Assembly: GCF_000829235.1 (NCBI RefSeq)
Contig: NZ_AP012549.1
Coordinates: forward strand, 2,580,001 to 2,612,000
Length of the DNA: 32,000 nt
Origin: a cyanobacterium endosymbiont of Epithemia turgida isolate EtSB Lake Yunoko
GTDB lineage: Bacteria; Cyanobacteriota; Cyanobacteriia; Cyanobacteriales; Microcystaceae
Direction: 5' to 3'
The notes under the pieces are model-generated. The model saw only the letters and a program-made list of their open reading frames with translations. It was not told where the DNA came from and made no database searches. Below are positions 26,787-32,000 of this stretch, in pieces; position 1 is the first letter of the stretch, and the number at the start of each line of letters is the position of its first letter. Position numbers and translations under genes: made by a program.

Positions 26787-27716
26787 TCAAACTTTTGCTA
26801 AAAGACTAGCAGGAGGGATAGAAAATTTCGTGCTCTTTTGAAGTAGATAGTCTAAAAACGCTTTAGCTACCACTGATAATTGTTTATCTTCCAAATATGC
26901 TACATACCAACGACGTTTGATCGGAAAATGTTCCACATCAAGTATTGTCAGTTCGCTATCCTTTCCCTCAGAAATCAGCGTATGTTGAGAAAGGATAGAA
27001 ATACCTAAATTACCTGCGATCGCGTGTTTAATTGCCTCATTACTTCCTAATTCTAGGCGTACCTCAACAGATAAACCGTGTTGATAAAACAGCTTTTGTA
27101 TTGCCTGTCGAGTCCCCGATCCTGATTCACGCATGATGAAAACTTCGCTATCAAGATTGGTGATAGGAATATTTCGTTTTCCCGCTAATGGATGGTTTTT
27201 AGGAGCAATTACCACTAAATGATTATCAAGAAAAGGTTGAGTTGATAATCCCATGTTATCAGAGGGTTCACTTAAAACATACAAATCATCTCGGTTTTCC
27301 ATCATGCGTTCCTGGATATGTTGATGATTAGTGATAGCTAAAGAAATGTTAATGCCGGGATATTGTTGACAAAATGTACCTAAAATTCGAGGAATAAAGT
27401 ATTTTGCTGTGGTAATAACTGCCAATCTTAATTGTCCCTGTCGGGTTCCTTTTAAATCCGCTACTTTCATCTCAAAATTTTCTAACCTTCCAAAGATTTC
27501 TTGACAGGTTTGAAGTAATTCTTTTCCAGCTTCAGTTAGATAGAGACGTTTACCAATTTGTTCAAACAACGGTAGACCGATGACTTTGGTTAGTTGTTTA
27601 ATTTGGCTTGATACTGTAGGCTGAGTAATTAATAATTCTTCTGCTGCACGGGTAAAACTCCCATGACGAGCCATAGTCTCAAAAACTTTTAACTGATGTA
27701 GGGTGGCTTGAATCAA
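26787..27716 (-). CDS. LysR-type transcriptional regulator of the CbbR/CmpR/NdhR(CcmR) clade
   Basis: 309 aa. The N-terminal wHTH MIQATLHQLKVFETMARHGSFTRAAEELLITQPTVSSQIKQLTKVIGLPLFEQIGKRLYLTEAG is nearly identical in pattern to cyanobacterial CmpR/NdhR N-termini as I remember them. It contains a HIP1 octamer at 27016-27023. I cannot tell by eye which paralogue it is. Confidence 0.85.
   Translation of the reverse strand: MIQATLHQLKVFETMARHGSFTRAAEELLITQPTVSSQIKQLTKVIGLPLFEQIGKRLYLTEAGKELLQTCQEIFGRLENFEMKVADLKGTRQGQLRLAVITTAKYFIPRILGTFCQQYPGINISLAITNHQHIQERMMENRDDLYVLSEPSDNMGLSTQPFLDNHLVVIAPKNHPLAGKRNIPITNLDSEVFIMRESGSGTRQAIQKLFYQHGLSVEVRLELGSNEAIKHAIAGNLGISILSQHTLISEGKDSELTILDVEHFPIKRRWYVAYLEDKQLSVVAKAFLDYLLQKSTKFSIPPASLLAKV
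27016..27023. repeat. HIP1 octamer GCGATCGC
   Basis: Exact match to HIP1, inside the LysR regulator gene. Confidence 0.9.
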
Positions 27717-28542
27717 TGGGCATTTCCTCTCGTGTCAGATTTTGAGTCTGCTGAAGTATTAAATCACTTACTTAAATCATAGACGAATTTTAATGGTCTT
27801 TCAAGTTTAACTTAAATAATTCCTATGGTAATTATCATTAACTTTTACCAGTGAGAGTCCCGATGGTAACAAATACTGGTGTCTCTTTTTGAGAAAATCG
27901 CTATTTTTTGTTAACCTAAATAAAGTTGATGAGGGCTTTTGCCCGTCTCCGGGAAAAAGTTTCTAATTTTATTAAAAGATCAGATTACATTCACTAAAAT
28001 TGAAAAACAATTCAGAACGGCTGGAGTTAATGATTATTTTTAACTAGTTTAATGAATTAATTGATAAGGAGTATAGACCCACATACAATATCCCCGACCC
28101 TCTTAAAACTTAATAAGTTTATGTGAGGATATTTCTTCTATCAGTAATCTTTACAGTGATGTTAACTTTTTCTAAGTAAATATATCGTTTTTTGGAGATA
28201 AACCACTAATAAAAAATAATAACCAGTATTTAAAGTTTAGTTTACTTATTAAGAAAAATGAGCGTATTTTTTAAAGTAAAAATATTTGATAAATACAAGA
28301 ATTTTTACTTAAAATAAGGTAGCCTATAGTTCTTCGAAGGCTAAAATAGAAGTAATTATCAACCAAAATATTGACATAAACGTAGAATAAAGAAGATTTA
28401 ATTGTTAATTAAGTATAGTAGATGGGGTAAGTCTAAAACTTCTTGAAGTTACAAAAATTCGTTTTTGGTTAGCACCCCACTTCATTCATTAATTATTTTA
28501 TTGGCTTATGCCTCTTGCCATTTATAGCAGTTGCAAAAACGC

Positions 28543-29172
28543 TTAAGACATTTTCCTATTCTTTATTTTCTGGGTGTCAAAATTTTCCAGACTGACTAAA
28601 AAATTACGGAGAAGTTGTTTCCCCGACGGAGTAAAGATACTTTCCGGGTGGAATTGTACCCCTTGAAGGTTAGGATAACCTTGATGTTGAAGCCCCATAA
28701 TAGTCCCGTCTTCAACCCAAGCAGTTATTTCAAGTACTTGTGGCAGACTACCTCGATCTACCACCAAACTATGATAACGAGTGGCACTAAAAGGATTCTC
28801 TAAACCTGTAAACACTCCGACTCCCTTATGATAGATTTGAGAGGTTTTGCCGTGCATCAACAGAGGTGCAGCTACAACCTGTCCTCCATAAACTTGACCC
28901 AGACTTTGATGACCTAAACAGACCCCTAAAATGGGTAGAGTCGGGCCTAACTGTTCAATTAACGCGAGTGATATTCCTGCATCATCAGGACGGCCTGGAC
29001 CTGGAGAAATTACAACTCCATTCGGTTGTAGATAACGAATCTTATCAAGAGTAATTTGATCATTACGGTAAACTTGGATATCTAAAGCTACGGGAAGTTC
29101 AGCACCCAGTTCTCCTAAATACTGCACCAAATTATAGGTAAAACTGTCGTAATTATCAATAATGAGAATCAA
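28543..29172 (-). CDS. trpG: Glutamine amidotransferase subunit of anthranilate / aminodeoxychorismate synthase (TrpG/PabA)
   Basis: 209 aa. It has [22 protein letters not shown] and the catalytic triad context GVCLGHQ ... FHPES. It uses a TTG start with AAGGAGA 6 nt upstream. The trpG versus pabA assignment is not resolvable from sequence alone. Confidence 0.9.
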   Translation of the reverse strand: MILIIDNYDSFTYNLVQYLGELGAELPVALDIQVYRNDQITLDKIRYLQPNGVVISPGPGRPDDAGISLALIEQLGPTLPILGVCLGHQSLGQVYGGQVVAAPLLMHGKTSQIYHKGVGVFTGLENPFSATRYHSLVVDRGSLPQVLEITAWVEDGTIMGLQHQGYPNLQGVQFHPESIFTPSGKQLLRNFLVSLENFDTQKIKNRKMS

Positions 29173-29248
29173 TACTTATCTCCTTGAAGCTTGCTGGGGG
29201 AGCAGTTAATCTCCGCCCAAAATCTGCTTTTGACCTTAACGCAAAGTC

Positions 29249-29776
29249 TTACAGGGTAAGAAGAAAAGGAACCAAAGGGGGCAACAAAATAAAACTGGCG
29301 ACTAAAACTGCTGCCATCGCCCCAACCATGACTGCTCCGGCAGCACAATCTTTAGCAATTTTAGCTAACATATGGTATGATTGTCCTACGGTTAGATCAA
29401 CCACCGATTCTAGAGCGGTATTCAATAACTCTAAAACCATCACAAGAGCGCAGGTTAGAGAAACAATAGCCAAGTTCACACTAGTAACTTGTAAAAATAG
29501 TCCTAGGCTAATGGCAATCACGGTCATAGCAGTATGGATACGGAAATTACGTTGAGTCTCAAAAGCGTAACAAATGCCAGCCCAAGCATATTTAAAACTT
29601 AAAAACAAGTTAGGGGCCATTTGCCAAGCTAATTGCCGTCGGGAATACAATTTTAATTCTGCAGTTGAACTTGTCTCGAGACTAGGGTAGCTCCTGAAAG
29701 CAACACCAGAAGGCAATGAGGAAGAATGAACTAGCTGGGGACGAGAGGATTGGTTCAAGTGTAAATTTGTTTTCAT
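29249..29776 (-). CDS. dgkA: Diacylglycerol kinase (prokaryotic DgkA family)
   Basis: The core FKYAWAGICYAFETQRNFRIH ... ELLNTALESVVDL ... AKDCAAGAV matches the DgkA motifs. The roughly 45-aa N-terminal extension may or may not be translated. Confidence 0.85.
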   Translation of the reverse strand: MKTNLHLNQSSRPQLVHSSSLPSGVAFRSYPSLETSSTAELKLYSRRQLAWQMAPNLFLSFKYAWAGICYAFETQRNFRIHTAMTVIAISLGLFLQVTSVNLAIVSLTCALVMVLELLNTALESVVDLTVGQSYHMLAKIAKDCAAGAVMVGAMAAVLVASFILLPPLVPFLLTL

Positions 29777-29857
29777 TATCTTAAAAATTTTACGACGGAA
29801 CTGTTAAAGTTTATTAGAAATACTGTGGAATTGAAACAATTAAATAAATCCAATGTA

Positions 29858-30397
29858 TCAACTATTTGGCTGAAGGCCTACAAGTTTTAACAAAGTTTCT
29901 TGTTGTGCAAGCATCTGTCGCAAACTTTCTTCATCTGGATGATCCCAACCCAAAAGGTGTAGAAGTCCATGAGCCACTAACCATGCTAATTCTACGGTTA
30001 GAGGATGATTGTTTTGTCGTGCCTGTTTTTTAGCTGTATCTACCGAAATAATAATATCTCCTAAATATAGGGGTTCATCAGCGCTTATTTTTGCCGATGA
30101 TTGAGGAACCTTAACTTCAAGAGCGGCAAACGCCAAGACATCTGTAGGTTGGTTTTTATGGCGATATTGGTTATTAAAAGTTTGTATTTCGTCATCGCTG
30201 GTTAACCTTAGACTCAGTTCATAAGCCTCCGCTATAGCAATTATTGAGTGTAGTTCCTTTAACCAAATTTGAATCCACTGTTGCCAAGTTGCCCTAATCA
30301 TGTCAGAGACATCCGAATCATTTGATGCTTCGAAGTTAAGAGCATCTTGAAGATAAAGGTCAACGGTTAAGGTTTTCGCAGAAGAAGATGCCATCAT
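29858..30397 (-). CDS. ybeY: Endoribonuclease YbeY (rRNA maturation metalloprotease-fold RNase)
   Basis: 179 aa with the zinc-binding motif HGLLHLLGWDH and an upstream TDVLAF segment. Confidence 0.92.
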   Translation of the reverse strand: MMASSSAKTLTVDLYLQDALNFEASNDSDVSDMIRATWQQWIQIWLKELHSIIAIAEAYELSLRLTSDDEIQTFNNQYRHKNQPTDVLAFAALEVKVPQSSAKISADEPLYLGDIIISVDTAKKQARQNNHPLTVELAWLVAHGLLHLLGWDHPDEESLRQMLAQQETLLKLVGLQPNS

Positions 30398-30407
30398 ATC
30401 CTCGATA

Positions 30408-30611
30408 TTAACGAGTTAAATAGGAAATACTAACAAGAAATACTAATAAGCCTACTGTTACTACTACAAAGTGCTTGATGGAAGTTCCTCTTTTACGAAC
30501 CATATTACGCATTGCTAGTCTGACGTAACTTGGTGGTGTGTCACTAGGAGTGACATTAGGAGATAAAGATGGGATGTCAGTAGGTTGAGAGGATTGAGGT
30601 AAATTACTCAT
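30408..30611 (-). CDS. Small conserved membrane protein (DUF3285-like)
   Basis: 67 aa. PSYVRLAMRNMVRKRGTSIKHF is followed by a single TM helix. It sits 10 nt upstream of ybeY on the same strand. The family name is from memory. Confidence 0.6.
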   Translation of the reverse strand: MSNLPQSSQPTDIPSLSPNVTPSDTPPSYVRLAMRNMVRKRGTSIKHFVVVTVGLLVFLVSISYLTR

Positions 30612-30960
30612 GAGATCTATTGAGTTTATTCCAATGAGTGTTGTTGTCTTAAATTTTAGAGGTAATTCCTTGATGAGGGAACAGTTTGTTGCTAAAAATA
30701 AACTTTTTTTTAAAAAGCTCTTTGTTTGTTAATTAGCTAGGTAGTCAAGCTCTTATCTAGTTTTTTTGACAAAAGTTAATCTTCAGAAATCATGATAATT
30801 ATTTTTAAAAAAAGTAGATTTTTTTTATTGTCTTCTAAGAGTTGATCACCAAGTTTTTAGATATTTGACTCTTTTAAACGTTTCAGAAAAGATTCTGATT
30901 AATCTATTTATAATCTACTGTTTTACAATCTATTGTAGATAACTGAATTATTCTAGATAA

Positions 30961-31793
30961 TTGAATTGATTGTGTTTCTGTTCCGCACCCAAAATCCATT
31001 TTTTGATGTTTTCCTCATAATTAATTATTTGTTCAATAAAAGTATGCTCTCTTAATGTCCCTAGATTGAAAAGTTAATTGCCGTATTCTATCGTGTAATC
31101 GTATTTTATGATGTGATATTCAAAAATTTGTTTACACTACTGTTTCATAACTGTTTAGTTTTTTCTTTATTTGAGTTGTTAATTTTAAAATATAGCAAAA
31201 GGTAAAGTTAGTTTCTAAATATGTTCCATGACAATAGCTAAAGCCGGTGCAACTGATTCTAGAAGTCATTTATCGAAGGCATATTGATCAACTATAATCA
31301 CGAAAGTAGCTGGTAACTCCTCCATGAGATGAACAAAGACTAACATGACTGCTATAAGTGTTTCCTCAGACATTAAGAGAGTATGCATTTAAAATAAGGT
31401 ATTAGTGAGAGTGTCGCCTAAACTGCGGTCTGCATCGTCTTAAACTTGTTTTTTGTATTTGAACTTGATAGTAACAACCCCAAAAGCCACTGATTAATAT
31501 AGGAGTAAATAAATATAAATTGAGATAAGAATTGCCCTACTCTACTAATCTAATCAATAACCCTGTGGCATTGATTGCCACAGATAGCTTACATGAAGTT
31601 CCTCATCACGTTATTTAACCTTCCTAAGGGGATTAAGATCTCTACCGCAAATTACAGATATTAAAATAGGATAGTCTAAAGTAGCAATATTGGTCCCTAT
31701 CTTATCGCTTATGGACAGTGACTACAGTCCATAAGCAATGACTAAAGTTAAGATTAAGACTATGATAGCGGTTAATAATACTAAGATAAAATC
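30961..31793 (-). pseudogene. Candidate decayed DUF21/CNNM-CBS (CorC/HlyC 'hemolysin-like') membrane protein gene
   Basis: Minus-strand hand translation:
- One frame, 31793 to 31215: DFILVLLTAIIVLILTLVIAYGL*SLSISDKIG...*MHTLLMSEETLIAVMLVFVHLMEELPATFVIIVDQYAFDK*LLESVAPALAIVMEHI*
- After a frameshift, from about 31120: ..KIRLHDRIRQLTFQSRDIKRA...GKHQKMDF
These resemble the DUF21 helix-4 motif (..FLILVFGEvlPKtlAi....A...A.P) and the start of the first CBS domain (F.DK.VREIMTPRtDI ... SGHSRfPV). The stop density (about 10 per 195 codons) is close to what random A+T-rich DNA gives, so the call rests only on motif resemblance. Confidence 0.3.
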
Positions 31794-32000
31794 ATAGTTA
31801 GCTAGTTACTAAAAATTATTGACTAGAGCATATGAAGGATTAAAGAATAATATCAGTAGAATGCAATACACATAAGTAACGACAAATACCAAAGCAAAAG
31901 AGATAAAACAGAAAAAAAAGGCTAGTATTGCCTGCCATTAACTGCGTAGCAGCTACTCGTTCCTCTAGTCAAAACCAAGTTCTATAGCATAAGTTCCTGT

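Noticed and set aside
28615-29555. ORFs 28615-28803 (+), 28866-29054 (+) and 29184-29555 (+) antisense to trpG and dgkA
   Set aside because: The opposite-strand genes carry diagnostic catalytic motifs, and these ORFs show none.
1-32000. Search for tRNA, rRNA, tmRNA, RNase P, 6S or SRP RNA, CRISPR repeats, IS elements, integrases, and toxin-antitoxin or known defence genes
   Set aside because: None found. I scanned by eye for T-arm consensus (GGTTCGAAT/GTTCAAAT and reverse complements), regularly spaced direct repeats, and transposase- or integrase-like ORFs. The only partial T-loop-like strings (17245 and 19093) lack complementary stems.

Overview
This window looks like a cyanobacterial chromosome segment. 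Evidence: the cyanobacteria-specific opcA sits next to zwf, there is a DUF3285-like/ybeY/dgkA/trpG block, and there are two HIP1 GCGATCGC octamers. The spacers are strongly A+T-rich.

I can support 25 intact protein-coding genes:
- A sugar-oxidation neighbourhood: the 3' end of fbp, zwf, opcA, gluconokinase and 6-phosphogluconolactonase.
- Housekeeping genes: a DHH phosphoesterase, a SpoU/RlmB-type methyltransferase, nusB, DUF502, an ABC-2 exporter pair, PmbA/TldE, DUF2079, a CbbR/CmpR/NdhR-type LysR regulator, trpG/pabA, dgkA and ybeY.
- A three-gene DsrE/DsrF/DsrH-like module.
- A solitary DUF790 (Bax1-like) nuclease.

I saw no rRNA, tRNA, CRISPR array, transposase or integrase.

The main signal is one the ORF track does not show. 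Only about 61% of the window (about 19.4 kb, my own sum of the calls below) is intact CDS. Several long ORF-free spacers read as gene remnants when translated by hand across stops and frameshifts:
- a gamma-tocopherol-methyltransferase-family gene at 25188-25975;
- a sulfite-oxidase-fold molybdoenzyme at 5805-6418;
- a weaker DUF21/CNNM-CBS candidate at about 30961-31793.

This fits ongoing reductive genome evolution of the kind known from obligately symbiotic cyanobacteria, but the organism cannot be identified from this window alone.

I did not find a convincing novel multi-gene defence or mobile system. The best follow-up targets are the DsrEFH-like trio, the partner-less Bax1-like nuclease, the LysR regulator with no target operon, and a set of long perfect hairpins and palindromes in the spacers.

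All family assignments come from motif recognition by eye and from memory of family consensus sequences. No database search was run.
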